Source: Deinococcales bacterium (GTDB taxonomy: Bacteria > Deinococcota > Deinococci > Deinococcales > JAAFIG01). From it: a stretch of DNA of 36,694 nt. Shown one piece after another: positions 8,427 through 17,384 of the stretch; the stretch's first letter is position 1, and the number at the start of each line of letters is the position of its first letter. A program made the position numbers and the translations under genes. The stretch covers positions 1 to 36,694 of the forward strand of contig JAYWGM010000024.1 in the NCBI GenBank assembly GCA_043778225.1, in the 5' to 3' direction. The notes below the pieces were generated by a model. That model had not been told where the DNA came from. It saw only the letters and a list, made by a program, of their open reading frames with translations, and ran no database searches.

Positions 8427-8494
8427 CCACCGATGCTGCAACTCGTATGAGTACCGATGCGGAAACTCGTATGTCTACCGATGCTGTAACTCGT
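8423..8494 (+). repeat. 24-bp tandem triplication (M[T/S]TDAxTR x3)
   Basis: atgaccaccgatgctgcaactcgt / atgagtaccgatgcggaaactcgt / atgtctaccgatgctgtaactcgt. Confidence 0.95.
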
Positions 8495-9505
8495 ATGATT
8501 GAGGCTACTTGCCCCAAAGAAATGTTGTACGGTCCGTGCGCTGGGATGCGCTCTGCCACCGAATGCGAGATTCCGGGTGTCCAATGCCCATTTGTTACTC
8601 GAGACAGCCTTCCCACATGGTCTGGGGCTGTTCCAAGCCAAGCGGTCACGGCTTCTGGCGGACTGGCAATCCTCAAAATCATGCAGCACCGTCCGATTAT
8701 CATTACCGATATTCCAAGTGTTCCCTTAAATGCCGATAAAATCCTCGAAATTGCCGATGTCATTCGTGGCAGCGCCGATGCGTACTTAATTGGCGACCAC
8801 GGCGGCGCTCGGTTGCAATTTCCACCAGCGTATCGTGCGATGCTGATGAAAAACGCGGGTCTTGAGTCTTGGGTTGGTTTTAATTGCCGTGACCGTAACC
8901 GCGTGGCGCTCGAGTCTGAAGCGGTGGCGCTGGCGCATTTGGGTGTGGCTGGTGTGAATTGCGTCACGGGCGACCATACGCTCTCTGGACACCGTGCCGA
9001 TGCCAAACCAGTCTTTGATTTGGACAGCACCCGCTTGGCAGCCTTGGCTCGAGCGGCTGGCTTGCTGGTTTCGGTTGGCGAAAAGCCCAACGCCATCCCG
9101 ACTCATCTTCGCGCCGAGCGTTTGGCGCAAAAAGTAAAAGCTGGAGCGCATATTTGTATGGTTAATATGCCACACAGCACCGAATTGGTTGCCGACTTTA
9201 AGGCGCAAACACAATCAGCTGGCGCGGACGTACCGTTTGTGGTTGGTATTCCGGTCATGACTTCGCTTGAGGCACTGCATGGCGCAGTTGGTTTTTACAA
9301 TCTGCAACTGCCGCTTGGGCTGGCGGCGCGGCTCGAGAATGCCAAGAACATTCGGCTCGAGGGGATTAAATTTGCGGTCGAATATGGACAGGCAATGCTT
9401 GGTATAAAGGGTGTACGCGGCTTAAATTTATCAGGTTTAGCCGCCACCAACCAAGAACTCGAGATGGCACAAGACTTTGCCGAAATTGGACGCGAATTTC
9501 TTTAG
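8423..9505 (+). CDS. Methylenetetrahydrofolate-reductase-like protein with an N-terminal Cys cluster (MetV-like)
   Basis: CPKEMLYGPCAG...CE...CPF, followed by MetF-type motifs NCRDRNR and VTGDH and 'KVKAGA'. ATGA overlap with the upstream stop. Confidence 0.8.
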   Translation: MTTDAATRMSTDAETRMSTDAVTRMIEATCPKEMLYGPCAGMRSATECEIPGVQCPFVTRDSLPTWSGAVPSQAVTASGGLAILKIMQHRPIIITDIPSVPLNADKILEIADVIRGSADAYLIGDHGGARLQFPPAYRAMLMKNAGLESWVGFNCRDRNRVALESEAVALAHLGVAGVNCVTGDHTLSGHRADAKPVFDLDSTRLAALARAAGLLVSVGEKPNAIPTHLRAERLAQKVKAGAHICMVNMPHSTELVADFKAQTQSAGADVPFVVGIPVMTSLEALHGAVGFYNLQLPLGLAARLENAKNIRLEGIKFAVEYGQAMLGIKGVRGLNLSGLAATNQELEMAQDFAEIGREFL

Positions 9506-9523
9506 GGATGTTAGGCTAGAACC

Positions 9524-10414
9524 GTGACTCGAGCATCAGTTAATTATTTAGGCGTGGGCATTTTAGTTCTTGTGACAGTCATCTGGGGTACAACTTTTCC
9601 AATTGTCAAAAGTGCCACCGAGAGCTTGTCGCCGGCTGTCTTAACCGCGATGCGTTTTTTAGTAGCTGCCTTGGTTTTGTCACCATGGTTGCGTTTTGCC
9701 AGTCGTCAGCTTTGGCTCGACGGTGGTTTAATTGCTTTGGTGCTGTTTATCAGTTACCTGACACAAGTTATTGGACTGAGCAGCATCTCGAGTTCGAGGG
9801 CGGCATTTATCACTGGCTTAAATGTCATTATTGTGCCGCTCATTTTGCCTTTTGTGCGTCAGCGTGTGCCTTGGACAGCTTTTCTGGCGGGGGCTGTGGC
9901 ATTGTTTGGCATCGGCTTGATGTCGGTGCAGGGTTTAACTTTGACCTTTTCGGTTGGCGACTTCTGGGTTTTGGGCTGTGCAGTTTCCTATGCGCTCTAT
10001 ATCGTGATGATGGACAGGGTGGTGCAAAAGTATCAGCCCCTACCGCTCGCTGCCGTCCAAGTGGCAGTCGTAGCCGTCTTGGGGCTATGCTGGGCTGCTC
10101 CAGAATTGATTCAGAATCCACCAACCACTGCCATACTCGAGAATTGGCTACCGATTGTTTACTTGGGTTTAATTGCCACTGCTTTAACCACACTAGCGCA
10201 GTCCTTCGCCCAGCGTCTTGTCCCAGCTTTTCAAACAGCCGTCATTTATGCCCTCGAGCCAGTCTTTGCCGCAATTTTTTCGGTCTGGTGGCTAAACGAC
10301 AAGTTCACTCAGCTTGGTCTGGTTGGTGCTGGCTGCATTCTTGTGGCAATGATCATTTGTCAAATAGACCCAGATGCCGCTAAACGCGCAACCAAAGTTC
10401 AAGAGCGGCTTTGA
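9524..10414 (+). CDS. EamA/DMT family transporter
   Basis: IWGTTFPIVK, AAFITGL, ALEPVFA, about 10 TM. TAGGCT 6 nt before the GTG suggests its own leaderless promoter. Confidence 0.9.
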   Translation: MTRASVNYLGVGILVLVTVIWGTTFPIVKSATESLSPAVLTAMRFLVAALVLSPWLRFASRQLWLDGGLIALVLFISYLTQVIGLSSISSSRAAFITGLNVIIVPLILPFVRQRVPWTAFLAGAVALFGIGLMSVQGLTLTFSVGDFWVLGCAVSYALYIVMMDRVVQKYQPLPLAAVQVAVVAVLGLCWAAPELIQNPPTTAILENWLPIVYLGLIATALTTLAQSFAQRLVPAFQTAVIYALEPVFAAIFSVWWLNDKFTQLGLVGAGCILVAMIICQIDPDAAKRATKVQERL

Positions 10415-11334
10415 AGTGAAAACTCCCCAAGTGCCTTTTTTATCGTCTCGAGTTCGCTAAAAATTTTCGTTTTTGGTTCAGCTTTGAACCAAGTCGCTTG
10501 GCGTTTGGCATACTGCCGTGTGGCAAGGTTAATACGCCGTTCGGTTTCCTCGAGCGAAATCTGTACCTTATTGCCCGCTTCGTCGGTTGTGCCTAACAAA
10601 TGGTCAAGAGCTTGTTTATAGCCAATCGCTTGGAAACTGGTGGCACGACGACCATCTCGGGCAAAAATATCGATCAGCCTTTGGGTTTCCTCGAGCAGCC
10701 CAGACTCGAGCATGGTACGGGTGCGACTGGCAATACGCGGCTCGAGAACCGTGGTTTGAGGGATGAGGGAAAATTTCGTAAAGCTGTACTTAGGTGGAAT
10801 CGGCACAAATTCTGAAGGGACTTTTCCTGTGCCGCGCAGAATCTCGAGGGCGCGTAAAACCCTTCTCGGGTTGCGCTGGGTGCGGCTGGCATCCTCAGGG
10901 CTGGCATTGCCAAGTTCGGCAAGCATGGCATCCAGTCCTTGGGCTTTGAGTTCGATTTCTAGGCGCTGCATCGCCACAGGGTCGGACATCGGGGTGCTTG
11001 GTAAGCCCTGCGATAACGCCCGAATATAAAAACCTGTCCCACCAACCACAAGCGGCGTGTTTCCTCGAGCCAAAATTTGGGCAATTGCAGTTTCGGCTTT
11101 TCTTACCCAAGCCGCCACCGAAAAATCGGTATTGGGTTCTAAAATATCAATCAGATGGTGCGGCACTGCGGCGCGTTCTTCAAAACTCGGTTTGGCTGTG
11201 CCAACGTCCATGCCCGTATAAACCATCATTGCATCGGCAGAAATAATCTCGAGCGGGTGGTTCTGCGCCAATTCGAGTGACAAAGCAGTTTTGCCACTGG
11301 CGGTGACACCGCACAAAATCGGAATTGAATTCAT
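10399..11334 (-). CDS. miaA: tRNA dimethylallyltransferase
   Basis: GVTASGKT, ISADAMMVY-GMDVGTAKP, VGGTGFY, QAIGYKQ, TRQYAKRQ-TWF. Confidence 0.96.
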   Translation of the reverse strand: MNSIPILCGVTASGKTALSLELAQNHPLEIISADAMMVYTGMDVGTAKPSFEERAAVPHHLIDILEPNTDFSVAAWVRKAETAIAQILARGNTPLVVGGTGFYIRALSQGLPSTPMSDPVAMQRLEIELKAQGLDAMLAELGNASPEDASRTQRNPRRVLRALEILRGTGKVPSEFVPIPPKYSFTKFSLIPQTTVLEPRIASRTRTMLESGLLEETQRLIDIFARDGRRATSFQAIGYKQALDHLLGTTDEAGNKVQISLEETERRINLATRQYAKRQATWFKAEPKTKIFSELETIKKALGEFSLQSRS

Positions 11335-11615
11335 CGCTTGAATGGATTCCAACCTTTTTTGGCGGCTGGTTTATCTGCCACACTTTCTTCGGTGTACTCA
11401 AGTTGTTCTTGTTCTAAACCACGTTGCAAAAAGCGCTGAAAATCTGAGCGCTCTGGGGACACTTCGGGTTCAGATTGGCTCGAGATGGGTTCTAATTGGC
11501 TCGAGACAGGTTCAGTTGGCACGTCCATTCCAAGTTTTTCCTGTAAGGCACGAATTTCTAGGCGCAAGGGCTGGAGTTTTTGCTCAATTAAAGCCGCAAT
11601 TTCAGATTCATTCAT
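11331..11615 (-). CDS. Small hypothetical protein
   Basis: 94 aa, coiled-coil-like N terminus. TAAAAT 6 nt before the ATG; its stop overlaps the miaA start (ATGA). Confidence 0.7.
   Translation of the reverse strand: MNESEIAALIEQKLQPLRLEIRALQEKLGMDVPTEPVSSQLEPISSQSEPEVSPERSDFQRFLQRGLEQEQLEYTEESVADKPAAKKGWNPFKR
11466..11520. repeat. 21-bp tandem repeat (about 2.6 copies; EPVSSQL/EPISSQS)
   Basis: gggttcagattggctcgagat / gggttctaattggctcgagac / aggttcagttggc. Confidence 0.85.
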
Positions 11616-11652
11616 GTTTGGATTTTACCTCGAGTTGCTTTGATTTTGAAAT

Positions 11653-12609
11653 TTATGGCAGGTTGACCATAAATGCTCGAGTTGCTGTGCCGCGTTTGGC
11701 TTTTATCTCGAGACTCGAGCCACTTTTGGCAGCTAAAATTACGGCATTGACCTCAGCGATGCTCTCGACGGGTAGCCCAGCAATCTCAAGGATGTTATCG
11801 CCAGCTTGTAACCCAGCCGCATCTGCTAGACCCCCTGGCAAAATGGTTTGCAGTACCGCACTTTGGTCTTGGCTCGAGACTCCAAGGCTTGGCAAATCCA
11901 CGGTTTCGCCGCGCAAAAGAGTTTCGACTGCCACCCGTACCAAGCGGGTTGGAATCGCAAAGCCAACCCCAGCACTCGAGCCAGTTGGTGATAGAATACT
12001 CGAGACCACACCCAGCACCGCACCATCTTTATTCAGCAGCGCTCCGCCACTGTTGCCCGGATTGACCTGAGCATCAAATTGTACCAGCCCAGCCAAAGCG
12101 CCTTTGGGTGTGACCTGTAAACGCTCCAAACCAGAGATAACCCCAACCGTCAGGCTGCGCGGCGCTCGAGCAAACGGATTGCCAAGTGCTAATGCCAGCG
12201 AGCCGACTTCGGGGGTTGCTGTTGCCCACTCGAGCTTAATTGGTATATTTTCGCCGCGCAGTACCGCCAAATCAAGCTGGTCTACTTTGCCAATCAATTT
12301 GGCTTCTTTGATGCCCTCGAGGTGCTGAACGGTTCTGGGGCGGTTGTCTAAATAAATTTTTGTGCCGCCATCCACGACATGGGCTGCCGTGATGTACACA
12401 CCGTCGCCAATATGAAATGCCGAGCCAGCGCCACGCATTTCGGGGTCGGTTAAATTGGCAATGTTAGTGCGTACTGAAACGACCGCCCCAAGGGTACGTT
12501 TGACCACCGACTCGAGGCTTTCTGGATTGGTAGAAGTTGTTCTCGAGCCAAATAAAAACCCTGCCAGTGCCGCAAAAATAACCGCCACCAACCACGGCAG
12601 CCATTTCAT
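11653..12609 (-). CDS. HtrA/DegP-like S1C serine protease with one PDZ domain
   Basis: Catalytic triad contexts ITAAHVV, DLAVL, NPGNSGG; N-terminal membrane anchor; PDZ segment AGLQAGDNIL. Confidence 0.92.
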   Translation of the reverse strand: MKWLPWLVAVIFAALAGFLFGSRTTSTNPESLESVVKRTLGAVVSVRTNIANLTDPEMRGAGSAFHIGDGVYITAAHVVDGGTKIYLDNRPRTVQHLEGIKEAKLIGKVDQLDLAVLRGENIPIKLEWATATPEVGSLALALGNPFARAPRSLTVGVISGLERLQVTPKGALAGLVQFDAQVNPGNSGGALLNKDGAVLGVVSSILSPTGSSAGVGFAIPTRLVRVAVETLLRGETVDLPSLGVSSQDQSAVLQTILPGGLADAAGLQAGDNILEIAGLPVESIAEVNAVILAAKSGSSLEIKAKRGTATRAFMVNLP

Positions 12610-13556
12610 TTTTTCAGAGCCTCGAGCGGTTTAGCATCGGCTGGGTCTATTTTATAGAGCAATGCCAAGTAAAACCCAACCCAGCACGATAAATACCACA
12701 AGCCAAGATTTGCTGCATAGGCTTGTCCTGATGGGGCTGGGACTTCGATCACTTCATCCACCCGAGTCTCGAGGATTTCTCGAGCCACGGCTAAGTTTTC
12801 GTCTTCGCCGCCTAAAATTAAAGCCACCAAAGCATCGCCGCTTTCATGACGGGCTTCAAAACCACTGGCAAGAATCTCGAGCGCATTGTGCGCCACGGGA
12901 ATGCTCATGGATTTCCCAAGCCTCGAGAGCGAGACCTGCCACGCCCATGCTTGGAGCGTAAAACCACTCGAGGGCAGCAAAATAGCGGTTCGAGTCCATA
13001 AACGCCATGCCAGTTGCTTGGCGGGGTTTTGGGCGGTATCAACGGTGCTTCTGCATTGGTCGCGCAAAGTTGCCAAGGTCTGGTCGGCAGCTTTGGCGGC
13101 TTCAAGCTGGTTGCTCAGATAAGCAATGGCTTGGGTGTAAGTATAGGTGCTTAAACTGCTGTTTGCGACTGCAAAAAAATCATCGCTAGGCTCGTCGGTT
13201 TCATCCTCGAGCATATATGACAGTTCTTCTTCGGATAAATCAATTTTGCGCTTGCGCGGTAAACCGATTCTAAAAACATTCGCCCCACCAGCCTCGGCAA
13301 TCAGGCTGGCTGCCTCGACTGCGCCAAAATCAAATCCACCCGCCAAAATAAACTGTGTTCCAGCCTCTAAAACCACCGCATCATCAATCAGTAGCCTCGA
13401 GAATTGGGCTGCCAATGCACCTTCGCCAAAACCGATGACCCCAAAAGGCGCAGCCAAGGTTTTGGTTGCGCCATCGTAACTAAAAGGCAAGGCTTCAAGG
13501 GCTTGGGCAATGTTCTGGCTGTCCAAATCATAAGGTTCAAAAGTATCCAACGACAT
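12606..13556 (-). CDS. SIS-domain protein (PGI/PMI-like C-terminal half)
   Basis: NPAKQLAW segment and C-terminal YLALLYKIDP, typical of the bifunctional PGI/PMI C-domain. TATGCT 6 nt before the ATG. Confidence 0.65.
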   Translation of the reverse strand: MSLDTFEPYDLDSQNIAQALEALPFSYDGATKTLAAPFGVIGFGEGALAAQFSRLLIDDAVVLEAGTQFILAGGFDFGAVEAASLIAEAGGANVFRIGLPRKRKIDLSEEELSYMLEDETDEPSDDFFAVANSSLSTYTYTQAIAYLSNQLEAAKAADQTLATLRDQCRSTVDTAQNPAKQLAWRLWTRTAILLPSSGFTLQAWAWQVSLSRLGKSMSIPVAHNALEILASGFEARHESGDALVALILGGEDENLAVAREILETRVDEVIEVPAPSGQAYAANLGLWYLSCWVGFYLALLYKIDPADAKPLEALKK

Positions 13557-13598
13557 GACTCGAGCATAACGTTTTTTGTCAAACTCGAGAAGGGCTGG

Positions 13599-14624
13599 TT
13601 ACTTTGTACGAAATAAAGCGCACTGTTCTTTGAGCGGTTGTGCCACGCTGCTGCCAGAACGATAAACGACCGTGCCAGTATAGGCTTTATCCTGTGCGCC
13701 CTTGAGGTCAAAACTGCAAACAAATTGGTCTGTACCAAGACTCATTTCTAGGGTCATGCGGTTCTCACCCGAGTTATAGAACAAAAACGCATCGCCGCTG
13801 ACTGTGCCGCGCTTAGCTGTGCCTCGAGCCACACCCGCCGCGAGGCGTTGCAAAGCGACCTCAAAACCAAGGTTGCCAACCCGAGCCAACCAAGTTTGCC
13901 CAACTTCGATTTTTGGTGCCCAAACCAGTGTAAGGGCGGTTGTTGGTGGCTTTAAGTCGGTGGCTGTGCCATTGGTGGGGCTGGTAACAACCGGTACGGT
14001 CACGACTGGTGGGGTAACAACGGGCGGTGTTATGGTAATCGGGGTTGTGCCAGTTGGCTGAATCGAAAGCGGTGAGACTGGCGAGTTGGTCCAAGTTACC
14101 AAACAAACCGACTCGAGCCTTTCAAATGCCTTATTGGGTTCTTTTTTGTAAGACGCGCCAACCATTGTCACATCGTTAGGGTTGCTGCTGAGCGAATCCC
14201 TCGAGAATTGACACAAGTACCCCGAACCGTTGCTGGCACTCAAGTAAAGGTTAGTCACATCGTCTTTTTTGACATAATAAAAAAAGACTTGATAATTGTT
14301 GGTGTTTTCGGTGGTGGCTTTGGCTGTGCCAATTGGGTCGCCGTCCTTGTCTCGAGCGGTTAGGGCAATATCCCACTGACCAACTGGCTCGAGTGTCACA
14401 ATCCAGCGCTGACCAAGCGCCAGTTTGGGAGGCCAGCCAATTGGACTGACGACTGGTTTTTGGGTGGCTGGAACGGCTGGGGTCGTAGGAGTGGCAGGAG
14501 GCGTTGTTGGGGTTGCTGGGGTTGCTGGTCTGGTTGGCTGGGTTGGCGTAGCTGGCGGGGTGGTCTGTGCCAAAACACTGCCAGTCAGAACTAAGGCACT
14601 CAAAGTTAGGAATATAGATTTCAT
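13599..14624 (-). CDS. Secreted hypothetical protein with Pro/Thr-rich linkers and a duplicated domain
   Basis: Signal peptide MKSIFL...VLA-Q; two segments starting WPPKLALGQRW / WAPKIEVGQTW, each with two Cys. Confidence 0.75.
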   Translation of the reverse strand: MKSIFLTLSALVLTGSVLAQTTPPATPTQPTRPATPATPTTPPATPTTPAVPATQKPVVSPIGWPPKLALGQRWIVTLEPVGQWDIALTARDKDGDPIGTAKATTENTNNYQVFFYYVKKDDVTNLYLSASNGSGYLCQFSRDSLSSNPNDVTMVGASYKKEPNKAFERLESVCLVTWTNSPVSPLSIQPTGTTPITITPPVVTPPVVTVPVVTSPTNGTATDLKPPTTALTLVWAPKIEVGQTWLARVGNLGFEVALQRLAAGVARGTAKRGTVSGDAFLFYNSGENRMTLEMSLGTDQFVCSFDLKGAQDKAYTGTVVYRSGSSVAQPLKEQCALFRTK

Positions 14625-14673
14625 CTTGCGCCTACTCTTACAAATTCGCATGAGTGGCAAACCTAAGTTTTGA

Positions 14674-14739
14674 TGAACGGTTCTCATCCAGCCAACTGCA
14701 CGGCGCTCATCCAGCCAACTGAACGGCTTTCATCCAAGC
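14674..14739. repeat. 23-bp tandem repeat (about 2.8 copies) spanning the peroxiredoxin stop codon
   Basis: tgaacggttctcatccagccaac / tgcacggcgctcatccagccaac / tgaacggctttcatccaagc. Confidence 0.9.
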
Positions 14740-15188
14740 GATTTAACTTTCTCGAGAACATCATCGGCGTGCAGCGTAAATTCTCCAGCGTTGGTTTCGA
14801 TATGCTCTAAAACCACAATGCCAGCTTTATCAATTAAAAAAGTCGCCCGTTTACTCATGCTGCGTTCCTCGAGTGCCACGCCGTAAGCCTTGGCAGCCGT
14901 TAAGGTCATGTCAGCCAAAAGTGGTACTTCGATGCCGTATTCTTTTGCCCACGCCTTATGAGTCCAAGCACTGTCGCGGTTGACCCCAAGAATCGTGGTC
15001 TCGAGCGCTAGAAAATCGGGTTTCATGGCACTGAATTCTGGAAGCTGCATACTACAGGTTGGCGAAAAATCCAGAGGATAAAAAATCAGCAAGACATTTT
15101 GCTTACCCTTAAATTGCTCGAGACTGACATCTTCGCCTGTATGGGCTTTGAGGTGAATGGCGGGTGCGGCTAATCCGAGTAGGCTCAT
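14730..15188 (-). CDS. Peroxiredoxin, AhpC/TSA family (1-Cys)
   Basis: FYPLDFSPTC (PxxxS/TxxC), RATFLIDK. TAGACT 7 nt before the ATG. Confidence 0.92.
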   Translation of the reverse strand: MSLLGLAAPAIHLKAHTGEDVSLEQFKGKQNVLLIFYPLDFSPTCSMQLPEFSAMKPDFLALETTILGVNRDSAWTHKAWAKEYGIEVPLLADMTLTAAKAYGVALEERSMSKRATFLIDKAGIVVLEHIETNAGEFTLHADDVLEKVKSLG

Positions 15189-15212
15189 ACAAAAAAGTCT
15201 ACCACGGGTTTG

Positions 15213-15836
15213 TCAGGGGATTAAAGGTTTCTCGGGGTCGCGCACGGGCAAGGTTAAACGATAGCGCCGTGCCGCCAATCTCGAGAATAAGGTAATCAAA
15301 GCCCCAATCAGCAGTACCCATTCATTGGGTAAAACTGGGGTCAGCAGATAGACCGCCAAGCACCCCAAAGCAGCCGTACTGGCATACAACTCGCCCGGCA
15401 AGAAGATTCGCGGCACATCTCGAGCCAAAATATCGCGGATGACTCCGCCACCGACTCCCGAAACTGTGCCAATAAAAATTACACCAAGTAAGCCAAAACC
15501 CAGTTCCATACCGCGTTGCGCCGCCGTGACGGCAAATAAACTTAAACCCAGCGCATCCAAGAACTCAAGTTCAGATTCGCGTTTCTCGAGCTTGCGAAAG
15601 GCAATAAAGCCCAGCAGTGAGCCGAGAATGGCTGCCCAGAGTAAGCGTTCGTCTCTGAACCAAGAGGCGGGCAGTAAGCCCGTCAAAGTATCGCGCAATG
15701 CGCCGCCGCCCACGGCTGTGACGCAGCCCAGCACAATCACGCCCAGTAAATCAAAGCCTTTTCGCACCCCCAGCATTGCGCCCGAAGCCGCAAAGACAAT
15801 TGTGCCGATGAAAGAAGCCACCTCGAGCGGAGTCAT
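15213..15836 (-). CDS. TRIC-family / UPF0126 membrane protein
   Basis: FAASG...DLLG...TAVGGG-RD and DALGL...GVGGGVIRDIL repeats. TAACAT 7 nt before the ATG at 15836. Confidence 0.9.
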   Translation of the reverse strand: MTPLEVASFIGTIVFAASGAMLGVRKGFDLLGVIVLGCVTAVGGGALRDTLTGLLPASWFRDERLLWAAILGSLLGFIAFRKLEKRESELEFLDALGLSLFAVTAAQRGMELGFGLLGVIFIGTVSGVGGGVIRDILARDVPRIFLPGELYASTAALGCLAVYLLTPVLPNEWVLLIGALITLFSRLAARRYRLTLPVRDPEKPLIP

Positions 15837-15964
15837 GGATAAGATGTTATCGCGTACTGAGCTTTGAGATACAGCGCCGAATCGAACCAGATAGAAATGC
15901 TGCAACTATTTGATTGAAGCGCAGTCACCAAAACGCTCGAGGGCGGCTTAAAATGAAGCAAGCC

Positions 15965-16729
15965 TCACAAATACGCAATCATAAACAAACGATTGAACTC
16001 AAATAAAACCTGCCGATCTTTTTGTGCTGGATAATGTTGTTGCACTTGCTCGAGCAAGTGCGCTTCAAAATCGGCTTGAGCTTGGGCATTTGGTAGTGCC
16101 TCGAGAAATGGACGCAAACCCGTTCCACGAATCCACTCGAGAATTGCCGCCGCATTGGGCATGACGTGCTGGTATGCCGTTTGCCACAACTCAATTTTTT
16201 TAGCTGGAAGTAAACAATCGTAGTAAAACTGCGGAGTCTCGAGCGACAGCGCAGTGCTGGCATTTTTTAAGTCATTGACCCATCTTGGTTCTTGGGCGAT
16301 ACTCATCATTGCACGATGCAAATACGAATTTTGATGGGCTGGAATTTGAATCGCCAGAGCGCCACCGTCCGCCACCAGATTTTTGAGGCGAGGCAAAAGC
16401 TGGGCATGATTTTTGACCCATTGCAAGGCGGCATTAGAAAAAACCAAATCAAATTTTTGTTCGGATTCAAAAGTTGCCATGTCTGCCTCGAGCCAGTGCC
16501 AATCTGGATGGTTTTTTTTGGCTGTTTGAAGCATTTCTGGCGAAGAGTCCAAACCAGTTAAAGCTACATTTGACCAACGACGATACAGAATCTCGGTGCT
16601 GTTGCCGGGTCCACAACCCAAATCTAATATCGAATTTGGCTCGAGTTGAATTCTCGAGACCAAATCAATTGCGGGTTGGGTGCGTTCAGAGGCAAATTTT
16701 AAGTATAAATGGGCATCCCAGACTGGCAT
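15965..16729 (-). CDS. tam: Trans-aconitate 2-methyltransferase
   Basis: WD-x-LYLKFASERTQPA, LDLGCGPGNST, FSNAALQWV, GTGLRPFL, F-RLFMIA. Confidence 0.9.
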   Translation of the reverse strand: MPVWDAHLYLKFASERTQPAIDLVSRIQLEPNSILDLGCGPGNSTEILYRRWSNVALTGLDSSPEMLQTAKKNHPDWHWLEADMATFESEQKFDLVFSNAALQWVKNHAQLLPRLKNLVADGGALAIQIPAHQNSYLHRAMMSIAQEPRWVNDLKNASTALSLETPQFYYDCLLPAKKIELWQTAYQHVMPNAAAILEWIRGTGLRPFLEALPNAQAQADFEAHLLEQVQQHYPAQKDRQVLFEFNRLFMIAYL

Positions 16730-16736
16730 AAAAACC

Positions 16737-17330
16737 TCAGTATGGCTTATTGGCAGCTTCGTAAGCACCAATCAAATCAGATTTATTGAGCAAATACCCA
16801 AGGTCGTCCACGCCATCCAATAAACACAAACGCCGAAAAGCATCTATTGCAAAACCATGACTCGAGCCATCGGGCAGTGTCACAGTTTGCGCCTCGAGAT
16901 TGACGGTTAAAGCAGCATCTGGGGTTGCCTCGAGCGTTAGCCAGAGTTGACCGACCACATCCTCGGGCAGAACCACAGGCAACAAACCATTTTTGAGGCT
17001 GTTGTTGTAGAAAATATCAGCAAACATTGGCGCGATAATTGCCTTAAAACCAAAATCGGTCAAAGCCCAAACAGCGTGTTCACGGCTCGAGCCAGAGCCA
17101 AAATTACGCCCAGCCACAAGGATACTTGCGCCTTGGTGTTGTGGTTTGTTGAGGCTAAATTCTGGATTATCTGAGCCATCTGGCAAATAACGCCAGTTCG
17201 AGAAGCAACCTAAACCCATGCCTTGTTTGGTGACTGCCGTCAGGTACTTGGCTGGAATAATCTGGTCGGTGTCTACGTTTTCTTGGCGTAATGGGGCGGC
17301 TTTGGCGGTCAGGGTGGTAAATTGTTGCAT
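16737..17330 (-). CDS. leuD: 3-isopropylmalate dehydratase small subunit
   Basis: NVDTDQIIPA, NFGSGSSREHA, FADIFYNN, LL-G-DD. Confidence 0.95.
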   Translation of the reverse strand: MQQFTTLTAKAAPLRQENVDTDQIIPAKYLTAVTKQGMGLGCFSNWRYLPDGSDNPEFSLNKPQHQGASILVAGRNFGSGSSREHAVWALTDFGFKAIIAPMFADIFYNNSLKNGLLPVVLPEDVVGQLWLTLEATPDAALTVNLEAQTVTLPDGSSHGFAIDAFRRLCLLDGVDDLGYLLNKSDLIGAYEAANKPY

Positions 17331-17360
17331 TGAAGAATCTCCTTTGAAATGGTTGCGAGC

Positions 17361-17384
17361 AAGGTTGCCATGGCAAACCCCTAC
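17361..17384 (-). repeat. REP-like element (GTAGGGG-palindrome family)
   Basis: Minus strand GTAGGGGTTTGCCATGGCAACCTT. Its TAG is the stop codon of the DinB-like gene. Confidence 0.7.

Noticed and set aside
14674..14739. 23-bp repeats as a mini CRISPR array
   Set aside because: Units are directly adjacent with no unique spacers.
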